In this document: positions 51,859 to 63,300 of the stretch, one piece after another | How the letters are laid out: every line of letters begins with the position of its first letter | Numbering within the stretch: position 1 is the first letter of the stretch | Assembly (NCBI RefSeq): GCF_030384885.1 | Contig: NZ_CP128613.1 | Length of the DNA stretch: 64,000 nt | Reading direction: 5' to 3' (one strand) | Source: Escherichia coli | GTDB taxonomy: Bacteria; Pseudomonadota; Gammaproteobacteria; Enterobacterales; Enterobacteriaceae | Program-made: the position numbers and the translations under genes | The notes under the pieces: generated by a model | Told to the model about the DNA's origin: nothing | The model's database searches: none | Seen by the model: only the letters and a program-made list of their open reading frames with translations

Positions 51859-53454
51859 TTAATGAGCCGCTTCAGGCAGGACAAAACCCATCGCCGCATC
51901 GATAAATAATCTTTCGTCCATCAGTTTGAGTTCTGGTGAAATCACTGGGGTGAAATCCATTTTGTCGAGAATATCTTTTTGTAAATCGACGCCAGGGGCG
52001 ATTTCGATTAAATGCAGGCCGTCTTCTTTTAGCGTGAATACGGCGCGCTCAGTGATATAACGAACATCCAGCCCTCGCTCGAGAGCGATTTTTCCGCTGA
52101 AAGTAATTTCCGGTAGTTCCCGAATAAATTTCTTCACCCGTCCTTCCTGGACGATATTTAATTTGCCGTCGGTAATTTCTGTTTTTAAACTGCCCGCAGT
52201 TAACGTGCCGCAGAAAACGATTTTCTTCGAAGTGGCACTGATATCAATAAATCCACCGGTGCCCATGATTTTACCATTGAATTTATGCACGCCGACGTTA
52301 CCGTGCTGGTCGACTTCAGCAAAACTCAAATAACAAACATCCAGACCGCCACCGTGATAAAAATCAAACTGGGACGTCATATCCAGAATGGCACGGGTAT
52401 TCACGTTCGCGCCAAAGGCGATACCCTGTGAAGTAATACCGCCAATTGGGCCTGTTTCTACCGTCAGAATAAAGTCATCAGCACAACCTTCTTCCCGGGC
52501 GACCAGGCCAATGCCGTCAGCAATACCGACGCCGACATTCCCCACCGCGCCTTTACGCATTTCGAATAATGCGCGCCGCGCAACTAATTTACGTTGGTTT
52601 AGGGGCAGGCTAAGTTTGGTACTGTCATCAAGGGTGAAGTCACCAGAAATAAAGCGGTTAACCGGCGCACCGCCATACAGTTGGGTTTGATCCGGATCGA
52701 CCACCACAATATCCACCAGATAACCCGGAATACGGACAGATTTAGGATGCAGCGTGGCTTTCTTAACCATTTTCTGCACCTGCATCATCACAATACCGCC
52801 GTTATTGTGCACCGCCTGAGCAATAACCAATGCGTCGAGATACATCACCTCATCTTCAAAAGTGGCGTAGCCTTCGCTGTCGCAGGTGGTAGCGCGAATG
52901 AAGGCGATATCTGGCGCTATCGCTTTGTAATAGAGATATTCTTTGTTATCAAACTCGACCAGTTTAATCAGGTCTTCTTTAGTGACTTCATTCAGTTTGC
53001 CGCCTTGCTGGCGTGGATCGACAAATGTTCCGATGCCAATATCACTAATAATACCAGGCTGGTGGGCTGCGGCGGCGCGTAAGGTTTGTGTAAGTACACC
53101 TTGTGGATAGTTATAAGCAATAATTTTATTTTGTTCTGCGAGATCAGAAATACGCGGCGATTGTCCCCAGTGACCGCATAATGCCCATTTCACCAGACCT
53201 TCTTGTGCCAGCGGACTAATACCACGGTCGGCGCGATCGCCAAGCCCTGTTGGACTAATAATCGATAAATTACGTGGTGTTTGAGTCTGTTTATATTTAT
53301 CAGCAAGAGCAGTAATTAACGTGGTGGCTTCCAGAATACCGCCGCCAGCGCCTAACACACAAAGTGTTGCTTCGTCGGGAATATAATTCACCGCTTCCTG
53401 TGCCGACAGGACCGGCACTCGTCCATTAATACGAGGTGGTTTTACAGGTTTCAT
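51859..53454 (-). CDS. ydiF: Acyl-CoA:acetate/short-chain acid CoA-transferase (fused alpha/beta)
   Basis: 531-aa ORF recognised as a family I CoA-transferase. Confidence 0.9.
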   Translation of the reverse strand: MKPVKPPRINGRVPVLSAQEAVNYIPDEATLCVLGAGGGILEATTLITALADKYKQTQTPRNLSIISPTGLGDRADRGISPLAQEGLVKWALCGHWGQSPRISDLAEQNKIIAYNYPQGVLTQTLRAAAAHQPGIISDIGIGTFVDPRQQGGKLNEVTKEDLIKLVEFDNKEYLYYKAIAPDIAFIRATTCDSEGYATFEDEVMYLDALVIAQAVHNNGGIVMMQVQKMVKKATLHPKSVRIPGYLVDIVVVDPDQTQLYGGAPVNRFISGDFTLDDSTKLSLPLNQRKLVARRALFEMRKGAVGNVGVGIADGIGLVAREEGCADDFILTVETGPIGGITSQGIAFGANVNTRAILDMTSQFDFYHGGGLDVCYLSFAEVDQHGNVGVHKFNGKIMGTGGFIDISATSKKIVFCGTLTAGSLKTEITDGKLNIVQEGRVKKFIRELPEITFSGKIALERGLDVRYITERAVFTLKEDGLHLIEIAPGVDLQKDILDKMDFTPVISPELKLMDERLFIDAAMGFVLPEAAH

Positions 53455-53597
53455 TGTTAATTCCTGATTCAGGTGTGATTTTCCCTACGCCAGATGGAGA
53501 ATTAGCGCACAGAGACTCACGAAATATTTTTATTAAATACGGTTGAATATATTTTTTTGTTCGGCGGGGGAGGGTATTCCCGCCGAAATATTATTGC

Positions 53598-54356
53598 TTA
53601 TGCCTGATGTAAAATAGTTAATACCGTGCGCAAATCATTTACCGAGATTTGCCCTGGCGCAGAGGCTTTTTTTACCGCACCAAAAGTTGCCGCCGAGCCA
53701 AATACTTCACCAGCCAGACGAGAAATTACGCCAGTTTTTGCCATCGACATCGTGATGATTGGACGATCGGCATACTGCTCCTGCATCTCCAGGGTCGCAG
53801 CAAGCAACGTCAGCACATCGCTGGTACTTTGCGGCATCAGCGCAATCTTAGGAATATCGGCATCGAAGGACTGCATTTTGCGCAGACGGGCAATGATTTC
53901 TTCGGCTTCCGGCGTTTTATGGAAGTCATGGTTGGACATGACAACTTTCACATCATGCGCGTGGGCGTAGGCGACGGTTTCTTTAACCTGATCATCGCCG
54001 GTAAATAACTCCAGATCGATCATATCAACCAGGCCACTATCGATGGCTGCACGATTGAGTGCAATATAAGCCTCGGTGGAAATCGCCTGCTCGCCGCCTT
54101 CTTTGGCACTGCGGAAGGTAAACAGCAGCGGTTTTTCTGGCATGGTTTCACGGAGAATTTTTGCCGCTGCCATGACAGACTCCACATTGGAGAGGTCGGC
54201 ATAGTGGTCAACACGCCATTCCAGAATATCAAAGTCCGCTTCACGATAGGCGAGAGCTTCGGATTTCACGCTGGCGATATCTTTCGCCATCAGCGAGACG
54301 ATGATTTTAGGTGCGCCCGTACCAATGACGAGATCTTTTACAGTTACGGTTTTCAT
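53598..54356 (-). CDS. aroD: 3-dehydroquinate dehydratase (type I)
   Basis: 252-aa [55 protein letters not shown]. Confidence 0.93.
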   Translation of the reverse strand: MKTVTVKDLVIGTGAPKIIVSLMAKDIASVKSEALAYREADFDILEWRVDHYADLSNVESVMAAAKILRETMPEKPLLFTFRSAKEGGEQAISTEAYIALNRAAIDSGLVDMIDLELFTGDDQVKETVAYAHAHDVKVVMSNHDFHKTPEAEEIIARLRKMQSFDADIPKIALMPQSTSDVLTLLAATLEMQEQYADRPIITMSMAKTGVISRLAGEVFGSAATFGAVKKASAPGQISVNDLRTVLTILHQA

Positions 54357-54386
54357 TTTTTACCCTTTCTGCACGCGGTCAGCCTG

Positions 54387-55253
54387 TCAGGCACCAAACC
54401 CCATGACCTGTTTAACATATTCCAGAGGGAAATCTTTGCCAGTCCATAACGTGAACTGTTCAGCCCCTTGCCACAACAACATGCCGTATCCATCAATCGT
54501 TTTGCAACCAGCTTGTTGCGCCTGCTGCAATAACTTCGTCATATGCGGGTTATACACGCATTCAGTGACCAGAAGTCCCGGATGTAACAGACTGATATCA
54601 TTAACCAATGATTCATTCTCAAGGGGTTTCATACCCACTTTTGTGCCATTGGTTAAAATGTCGGCGGAAGCCAGGGCTTCAGCAAAGGCTTGCTGATCGG
54701 CGAGATCGGTGACTGTCACGACGCAATCGGTGTTTTCGTTAACCCGCTGCGCGAAGGCGAGGGCTTTATCGAAGAACTCATCCCGACGGTTAAAGAGTTT
54801 AATTTCTTTTAAACCTTCAATTGCCCCCTGCGCGCCAATCGCCGTTGAGGCACCTCCGGCCCCTAACAGCACCATCGTTTTGCCTTTGATATCAAAACCG
54901 CTCTCTTTAATGGCGCGAATATGCCCCGTGCCGTCGGTGTTATAGCCACGCAGATAGCCATCATCATTAACGATGGTGTTGATGGCCCCCACCAGTTTGG
55001 CAGCTGGTGTTAATTCATCAACATATTCACACGCCAGTTGTTTGTTCGGCATTGATACACCAGTTCCGCGCATTTTTAGAGCTTTTAATCCTTCAATTGC
55101 TCCGGGAAAGCTATCGTTATCCACTTCAAAGGCCATATAGGTAAATGGCAATCCCGCTTTTTCTAAGGCTTTATTCTGCATTTCGGGCGATAAACTGTGG
55201 CGGATAGGATAGGCCATCAACCCAATCAATTCGTATTTTGCGGTAACATCCAT
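54387..55253 (-). CDS. ydiB: Quinate/shikimate dehydrogenase (NAD-dependent)
   Basis: 288-aa [38 protein letters not shown] (shikimate dehydrogenase fold). Confidence 0.9.
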
Positions 55254-55264
55254 AATTAACTCCT

Positions 55265-56530
55265 TTAACCTCTATGCTTAATTGTGTTTAACCGGGTGCT
55301 AAATTTACGCTCGCCAAACCGCACATCATTTTCAGGAATAATGAAAACGCGGTAATAGCGGATAAAAACAATAATTGCGGTAATCAGGGCCAGCAGCGCG
55401 AAAGTAAAATCGAGAACAATGATATATTGCAGGCCGATGTTCGACAGATAACCGGTAATCAGCGGAATAACAAAGTTAGCCAGTCCACCCATCATCATAT
55501 AAATACTGGTGACTTTGGCTTTGCTTTTGGGGAAAAACTCTGACATGACCGAAACGCCGAGCTGTAAAATGCCGCCAGCCGCTGAGAAACCGATAACAAA
55601 GGCTCCGGCATTACACACCAGTGGAGAAGGGTACAGGTAGATAATGGCAGCTGTTATTGTTGCCAGTGCAGAGTTAAATACATTAGCCCAGATGGGCCGG
55701 ACCATTTTTTTCAGTAGTGCGGCAAAAATAAAGACACAGACCAACGAGCCCATACTGTAATAAGAGATGGTTTTTAATGCCTCAGCTTCTGACATACCAG
55801 CAAAAGCCATCGCATATTTGGGCATCCACACCACAATCACATAAAAGGTCGAGAATGCGGCTACACCGAACAGTACCGATGAAACACCTTCCAGCCAGAC
55901 TAATGGTTTGCTGTTCATTTGTGGTAATTCATGAGCTACGCTGGCGTCCACCAACTGGCTGGGGAATTTGCTTTTCAACAGCATCAACGTGATCAGTAAA
56001 AATAGGATGCCTGGAATAATCAGCCCATAGCCGTACCAGATATTATTGAGCAACATATAGCTCACTAGCATTGGATAGAACATTTGTCCAAATGACACCA
56101 TTGCTTTAACCAGTATGACTGCCGAACCGGAGGCTTTCGGAAAGCATTCCATTAGCGCGGGGTAACCACCCGTATCCAATGCTGAGTTAGCGATACCTAC
56201 GCACACTGCCAGACAGTAGGCGAGAGTTAAATTCGGGCAAGCGGGAATACCAAAGAAGAATAGCAGATACATTATTACTGCCATTAATATTACCGCCCGA
56301 CGACCAAACTTATCGGAGATCACACCGAAGAATAAAATACTGATCAATCGCCCCAAACCGATACCGGAAATTAAATAGGCAATGCCCGCGTTGTCAGTAG
56401 AAAACTTTTCTGCCAGAGATGACATATTTTGGGCAAGCGTTATAACACTAATGCCGTGCAGGAAATAGCTGAAGTAAATACAAAGAACAGCCAGGATAAA
56501 TGGCGTGCTGAAAGCCTTATTTTGAGACAT
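55265..56530 (-). CDS. ydiN: MFS transporter YdiN
   Basis: Track ORF starts at GTG 56536; ATG at 56530 ([20 protein letters not shown]) gives 421 aa; 12 predicted TM segments. Confidence 0.85.
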
Positions 56531-56756
56531 TTTCACAGCTCCTTGCTGAAAGATAATTTCGTTACCGTACGTATTGTTCTCCGACGGTTTACATAATTAC
56601 TATACTGAAGATGATTTTCCCTGGGTACATGGCATAAAGTTTATGTTTCCAGGAATATTGCATGTCATAGTTTGTTTTTTATCGCGATTTTCCTTAGTTG
56701 GCGCAGAAAGAGTTATTTATCCGTAAGATCTTGCATGACCTGAAAAGAATATTGCA

Positions 56757-57971
56757 TTACCCACCCGGAGCGACATTTTCCTTTAGCGAGTGATGCCACG
56801 TTTCTTTGCGGCTGCGTAAGCCGATAAACAGTGCCAGTAAAAAGCCGATGGCAGCGATGGCGGTATCGAACCACATAATATCGGCAATACTTCTTTGGGA
56901 CAGATGAGCCGTAATCAACGGAATAGTAAAGGTCGCAATACTGCCCGCACTGTAATAGATCCCTGTAGCTTTACCTTTAGCGTAGGGGAAACGTTCAGCC
57001 ATTAATGTCAGGCCAATTTGCACAACACCTCCAGCAGAGGTAAAACCAATGACAAAAGCAAATATTATCACCACATAAAATGTGGGATGCAGACAGACGG
57101 TAAACAGAGCAATAAATGAGATAAAGGTGTACAGCATCAGTAATGTTGTTGGGCGAACGGTATTACGAATGAGTGGAGCGGTAATAAATACACAAAGCAG
57201 CGAACCCACGGTGTAGATACTGAGTAGTTTGATCGACATAGTGTATGACATGCCTGCAACAAATTGTCCGTACTGTGCCAGCCACTGGCTAACCAGATAA
57301 AAGGTTGCCATTGAGATATAGCCATATAAGGTATAACTGGCTAAATCGATAATTGAACAGCGATGTTCCGTAGAGTTGGTGGCTTTCTCTATGACAGGTA
57401 AGCGACGACCCGGATGTGGTGGGAACGTACAACGGTATAAAAACAGAGCGTTAATAAACATAATGCCTGCGGCAATCATAAAGGACCAGCCGAACCACAG
57501 TTCAGCCCACACTAACAGGCTGATGATTAGCGGTAATAAAAATTGCCCGCTGGAAACAAATGCTTTAATTAAAATATTAGCTGTACCCGGTGAACGTGGA
57601 AAAGCTTCCATCAAACTGGGATAGGTGCCTGCATCGAGAAAACTGTTTGCCATTCCCGCCAGAAAGCCCAAACCATAAGCGATAATGATGTTATTGGTGT
57701 GCAGGATGCCAAAAAAGAAGGCCATATAGCAGCACATCCCGAGCATGATAAAAGGGCGGCGACCAAAGCGATCGGATAATAATCCTGCAAAAAGCAAGAC
57801 ACTTAATCGACCAATACCCAGCGATGAGATAACTATTGAGACGCCTGCGGCATTAGTCTGCCAAAGCGTCTCCAGCGAGGCCATATTCAGGCTCATCAAA
57901 ATGACGCCCATACCATGCACCAGGTAATTAAAATACAACCCAAGTGCGGTAGGGAAATAGGGATTTTTCAT
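56757..57971 (-). CDS. ydiM: MFS transporter YdiM
   Basis: 404-aa polytopic ORF, paralogous in architecture to ydiN. Confidence 0.85.
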   Translation of the reverse strand: MKNPYFPTALGLYFNYLVHGMGVILMSLNMASLETLWQTNAAGVSIVISSLGIGRLSVLLFAGLLSDRFGRRPFIMLGMCCYMAFFFGILHTNNIIIAYGLGFLAGMANSFLDAGTYPSLMEAFPRSPGTANILIKAFVSSGQFLLPLIISLLVWAELWFGWSFMIAAGIMFINALFLYRCTFPPHPGRRLPVIEKATNSTEHRCSIIDLASYTLYGYISMATFYLVSQWLAQYGQFVAGMSYTMSIKLLSIYTVGSLLCVFITAPLIRNTVRPTTLLMLYTFISFIALFTVCLHPTFYVVIIFAFVIGFTSAGGVVQIGLTLMAERFPYAKGKATGIYYSAGSIATFTIPLITAHLSQRSIADIMWFDTAIAAIGFLLALFIGLRSRKETWHHSLKENVAPGG

Positions 57972-58069
57972 AGGTTCTACTTAGCAAAGGTGCTTTAAAA
58001 AGTGAAGCGATGTTGTGTCAGCATCCGTTCATTATTGTTGTAACAACGACAATTCCTTTCTTTGGAAAA

Positions 58070-58426
58070 TTAACAAAGGCGCTCCAGATCGTGTGCATAT
58101 AATTCAGCGGCTACCGATTGATAGATCTTCCAGTCAATAAAATTGCCATCAGGGTAGACACGTTGAAACGCGGTTAAGTCAGGGAAAAAACGCATGGTGT
58201 TGTTGCCGATGTGGTTATTTATTTTCTCTATGATGGCATGAAGATGTTTTTTTCGTTGCTGTCGCATAGCCAACAGTTGCTCGACCACACGATCAGGAAT
58301 GGCGCATTTGCCATTTTCCCACTGACGCCAGCTTTCACTGTCACCGGTCTGGGCAATCCAGGTCGCGCATTCATCAATAGTCATGGCAAAAATATGGCGG
58401 AGTGCCTGGAGTTCATAAGCGTTCAT
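58070..58426 (-). CDS. ydiL: Uncharacterized protein YdiL
   Basis: Track ORF starts at TTG 58453; ATG at 58426 (MNAYELQALRHIFAMTIDECATW) gives 118 aa. Confidence 0.75.
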   Translation of the reverse strand: MNAYELQALRHIFAMTIDECATWIAQTGDSESWRQWENGKCAIPDRVVEQLLAMRQQRKKHLHAIIEKINNHIGNNTMRFFPDLTAFQRVYPDGNFIDWKIYQSVAAELYAHDLERLC

Positions 58427-58564
58427 CGTGTAATGGCTGCATGAAATAAACAATAAAATATAAATAACATTATCAGCCTGCTGACGGCTTGAAGAGAGTC
58501 ACAGTATCTTGTGCAACATTATTGGAAAGAGTGAGGGGCGAGGTAGCGAAGCGGAAAAATGTTA

Positions 58565-58669
58565 AAAAAAAGCCCATCGTGGGAGATGGGCAAAGACTAC
58601 ACACAGCAATTCGTTGTTTCACTCAGGGGATTTCCATGCTTATAAATCAATATGTTGATTTATAACCGT
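58565..58669 (-). ncRNA. rprA: Small regulatory RNA RprA (RpoS translational activator)
   Basis: Reverse complement matches the RprA sequence as I recall it (ACGGTTATAAATCAACATATTGATTTATAAGCATGG...CCCATCTCCCACGATGGGCTTTTTTT), with a 3' terminator hairpin (cccatctcccacgatggg) and U-run; no ORF. Confidence 0.8.
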
Positions 58670-58854
58670 GAGCTAATAGTAGGCATACGGACTTTTTGCG
58701 TCGATCAGATTCGTCTCATTAGTTTAAAAACTGTAAAGAATTTGCGACAGGTACTACCAGCTGAAAGGCGGTAAGCAGGAAAATATAGTGAAGAGCAAGC
58801 AAATATCAATTAGCGGTGGTTAACAATCAGGCGGCAGAGCCGCCTGATGAGAAA

Positions 58855-59967
58855 TTACTTATTCGGTTTCTCGATTTCGCCAAGTTCTTCGAGAATTTCT
58901 TCCGGTTGGTCCGTCGGCGGCGGGACTTCTTCCACCCACGCGGCAAACAGACGCCAGGAAACGGCTAACAGAACCGGACCAATAAACAGACCGATCATCC
59001 CGAAAGCAATCAAACCACCAATAACGCCAGAGAGGATCAGGATCAGCGGTAAATCGGCACCCATGCGAATTAACATTGGGCGGATGACGTTATCCAGCGT
59101 GCCAACCACACCACTCCATACCAGTAATACCGTGCCCCAGGTGGTATCGCCGGTCCAGTAAAGCCAGATGATCGCCGGAATCAGCACCGGCAGCGGGCCA
59201 AGTTGGACAAGGCAGGAGAGGATCATTAACACCGTGAGCAAAGTTGCATAAGGTACGCCGGATACCGCGAGGCCGATACCACCAAGCACTGCCTGTACTA
59301 ACGCAGTCACCACAACACCCAGCGCCACTGCGCGGATAGCTTGTGCCGCTAGCAGCACGGCGGCATCTCCACGAACGCCTGCCAGACGGGTAGCAAAATG
59401 GCGAATGCCTTGCGCCACTTGTTCACCGCGCCAGTACAGCAGGGCGCTGAAGAGAAGCATCAGCGCACAATGCACCATAAAGCGCCCGATATGCGCCGCC
59501 TGCCCAACGAACCAGGTGGTGGTGGTGCCAATATAAGGACGGAGTTTCGCCATGATCGCCGTACCCCCCATATCCAGCAAGTTGTGCCAGCCTGCATATA
59601 GCTTCGCGCCAATCACCGGAATGGTATTAAGCCACGCCAGATCGGGTAACGTCATGTCACCGCTGGAAATAGCTTTAATAAGCGGGCCGCTGCCATCGAC
59701 AATACTGTTAACCAACAAGGCAATAGGGATGATAAACACCATCACTAATAACAGCGTCATCACCAGAACGGCGAGAGAGCGGCGGCCAAACATGATCTTT
59801 TGCAAACGTAACAATACCGGCCAGGTAGCGATAACCACCGTACCGGCCCATGCGAAACCGAGAATAAAGGGTTGAACAATCCACAGACATGCCACAATCA
59901 TGATGGCTAAAAACAGCACCGAAAGCAGAATTTGTGCGACATCCCTGGGCTGACGAACATTTACCAT
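58855..59967 (-). CDS. ydiK: AI-2E/UPF0118-family inner membrane transporter YdiK
   Basis: 370-aa polytopic membrane ORF. Confidence 0.85.
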   Translation of the reverse strand: MVNVRQPRDVAQILLSVLFLAIMIVACLWIVQPFILGFAWAGTVVIATWPVLLRLQKIMFGRRSLAVLVMTLLLVMVFIIPIALLVNSIVDGSGPLIKAISSGDMTLPDLAWLNTIPVIGAKLYAGWHNLLDMGGTAIMAKLRPYIGTTTTWFVGQAAHIGRFMVHCALMLLFSALLYWRGEQVAQGIRHFATRLAGVRGDAAVLLAAQAIRAVALGVVVTALVQAVLGGIGLAVSGVPYATLLTVLMILSCLVQLGPLPVLIPAIIWLYWTGDTTWGTVLLVWSGVVGTLDNVIRPMLIRMGADLPLILILSGVIGGLIAFGMIGLFIGPVLLAVSWRLFAAWVEEVPPPTDQPEEILEELGEIEKPNK

Positions 59968-60353
59968 AACTACTTTTCACCTTTTTTGTGCGTCAAATCG
60001 TCGACGCGACGTGAACACGCGAAACTCACCTGCATAATGATGAGCAATTTCAGCGGTTTTTAACAGGCCGATTCTGCCCTTAATTCTGATGGGCGTGTTA
60101 GAAAAAAATGTGGTACAACAAATCAGGCAACACGCAAACGATTTACTCGTCGTATTTCAAATTGCATGTGCTGCGGCTACGTTCGTTCACCCCAGTCACT
60201 TACTTTTGTAAGCTCCTGGAGTTCACTCGCTTGCCGCCTTCCTGCAACTCGAAATCCATAGAGTAAACAAACATCACCTTTCAGTGCGCTATTAGAAGCC
60301 TGAAAGAACAGTGTATCGATCTACATCACAGACCGCAGGAAAGGGTCAATATA

Positions 60354-63300
60354 ATGATTCCACAGATTTCCCAGGCACCCGGCGTCGTTCAATTGGTGCT
60401 TAATTTTTTGCAAGAGCTGGAGCAACAGGGTTTTACTGGCGATACGGCGACAAGTTATGCCGATCGTCTGACAATGTCGACCGACAACAGTATTTACCAA
60501 CTTCTCCCCGATGCAGTGGTATTTCCGCGTTCGACCGCAGATGTGGCGCTGATCGCTCGTCTTGCCGCGCAGGAACGCTATTCATCGCTGATCTTTACCC
60601 CCCGCGGCGGCGGCACCGGCACTAACGGTCAGGCGCTCAACCAGGGGATTATTGTTGATATGTCCCGCCATATGAACCGCATCATCGAAATTAACCCTGA
60701 AGAGGGCTGGGTGCGCGTTGAGGCCGGGGTGATAAAAGATCAACTCAATCAGTACCTGAAACCGTTCGGCTACTTTTTTGCGCCGGAGCTTTCGACCAGC
60801 AACCGGGCAACGCTCGGCGGGATGATCAATACCGATGCATCCGGTCAGGGATCGCTGGTCTATGGCAAAACGTCAGATCACGTACTTGGCGTACGCGCGG
60901 TGTTGTTGGGGGGCGATATTCTCGATACGCAACCCTTACCCGTCGAACTGGCAGAAACGCTGGGTAAAACCAATACCGCAATCGGGCGAATTTATAACAC
61001 GGTTTATCAACGTTGCCGTCAGCAACGCCAGTTAATCATCAACAACTTCCCCAAACTTAACCGCTTTCTTACCGGTTACGATCTGCGTCATGTCTTTAAC
61101 GATGAGATGACCGAGTTCGACCTGACGCGCATTCTGACGGGTTCAGAAGGGACGCTGGCCTTCATTACCGAAGCGCGGCTGGATATTACGCCCTTGCCTA
61201 AAGTGCGCCGTCTGGTGAACGTCAAATATGACTCTTTTGACTCCGCGCTGCGTAACGCGCCGTTTATGGTTGAGGCGAGGGCGCTTTCGGTAGAGACGGT
61301 GGACTCAAAAGTGCTGAATCTGGCGCGGGAAGATATTGTCTGGCATTCCGTCAGCGAGTTGATTACCGATGTGCCTGACAAAGAAATGCTCGGGCTGAAC
61401 ATTGTGGAATTTGCTGGTGATGATGAGACGCTGATTGATGAGCGGGTAAATGCACTCTGTGCGCGGTTGGATGAACTGATTGCCAGCCAACAGGCAGGTG
61501 TGATTGGCTGGCAGGTGTGCCGCGAACTGGCGGGTGTTGAACGTATCTATGCGATGCGCAAAAAAGCCGTTGGTCTGCTTGGCAATGCCAAAGGTGCCGC
61601 TAAGCCAATTCCGTTTGCTGAGGATACCTGCGTACCGCCGGAACATCTGGCCGATTATATTGCTGAATTTCGCGCGCTGCTCGACAGCCACGGCTTAAGC
61701 TACGGTATGTTCGGTCACGTCGATGCAGGTGTCTTGCACGTCCGTCCGGCGCTGGATATGTGCGATCCACAACAAGAGATTTTGATGAAGCAAATCTCTG
61801 ATGATGTAGTGGCGTTGACTGCGAAATACGGTGGTTTGTTGTGGGGCGAACACGGTAAAGGTTTTCGTGCCGAATACAGCCCGGCGTTTTTCGGTGAGGT
61901 ACTTTACGGCGAATTACGTAAAGTCAAAGCGGCATTTGATCCACAAAACCGGCTCAACCCAGGGAAAATTTGCCCACCGGAAGGTATCGACGCGCCTATG
62001 ATGAAAGTGGACGCGGTGAAGCGTGGCACATATGATCGACAGATCCCCATCGCGGTACGCCAGCAGTGGCGCGGGGCAATGGAGTGTAATGGCAACGGTT
62101 TATGCTTCAACTTTGATGCCCGCAGTCCGATGTGCCCGTCGATGAAGATCACCCAGAACCGGATTCATTCACCGAAAGGACGCGCAACGCTGGTGCGTGA
62201 GTGGCTGCGTTTGTTGGCAGATCGCGGCGTTGACCCACTCAAACTGGAACAAGAACTGCCTGAATCCGGCGTCAGTTTGCGGACGTTAATTGCCCGCACG
62301 CGCAATAGCTGGCATGCGAATAAAGGCGAATATGACTTCTCACACGAAGTCAAAGAGGCGATGTCGGGCTGTCTGGCCTGTAAAGCTTGTTCGACCCAGT
62401 GCCCCATCAAAATTGATGTGCCGGAGTTTCGCTCTCGTTTCCTGCAGCTCTATCACACACGTTATTTACGCCCATTACGTGACCATTTGGTGGCAACGGT
62501 TGAGAGCTACGCGCCGCTGATGGCACGCGCGCCGAAAACCTTTAACTTCTTCATTAACCAGCCGCTGGTGCGCAAACTCTCGGAAAAACATATTGGCATG
62601 GTTGATTTGCCGCTGCTGTCGGTCCCCTCGCTGCAACAACAAATGGTGGGGCATCGCTCGGCAAACATGACGCTGGAACAGCTTGAAGCTCTCAATGCAG
62701 AGCAGAAAGCGCGCACGGTGTTGGTGGTGCAGGACCCCTTTACCAGCTATTACGATGCGCAAGTGGTGGCGGATTTTGTCCGTCTGGTCGAAAAATTAGG
62801 TTTCCAGCCCGTGTTACTGCCATTTTCGCCGAATGGCAAAGCCCAGCATATCAAAGGCTTTCTTAATCGTTTTGCGAAGACGGCGAAAAAAACGGCGGAT
62901 TTTCTCAACCGAATGGCGAAATTGGGAATGCCAATGGTGGGCGTCGATCCAGCGCTGGTACTTTGTTATCGCGATGAATATAAACTGGCTCTGGGCGAGG
63001 AGCGTGGCGAGTTTAAGGTCTTACTGGCGAATGAATGGTTGGCAAGCATACTTGAGTCACAGCCAGTGGCTACAGTCAGCGGTGAATCATGGTATTTCTT
63101 TGGTCACTGTACCGAGGTTACCGCTTTGCCGGGCGCGCCAGCACAATGGGCTGCGATATTTGCCCGTTTTGGCGCGAAACTGGAAAATGTCAGCGTGGGT
63201 TGCTGCGGCATGGCAGGGACTTACGGACATGAAGCGAAAAACCATAAAAATTCGCTCGGGATCTATGAGTTATCCTGGCATCAGGTGATGCAGCGACTGC

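Noticed and set aside
60120-60340. Possible structured RNA or PurR-like box in the ydiK-ydiJ intergenic region (acgcaaacgatttactcgt; GC-rich segment gctgcggctacgttcgttcacccc...)
   Set aside because: The PurR-like match has a poor second half-site, and the GC-rich segment has no convincing cloverleaf or terminator structure that I can fold by eye. Insufficient evidence.
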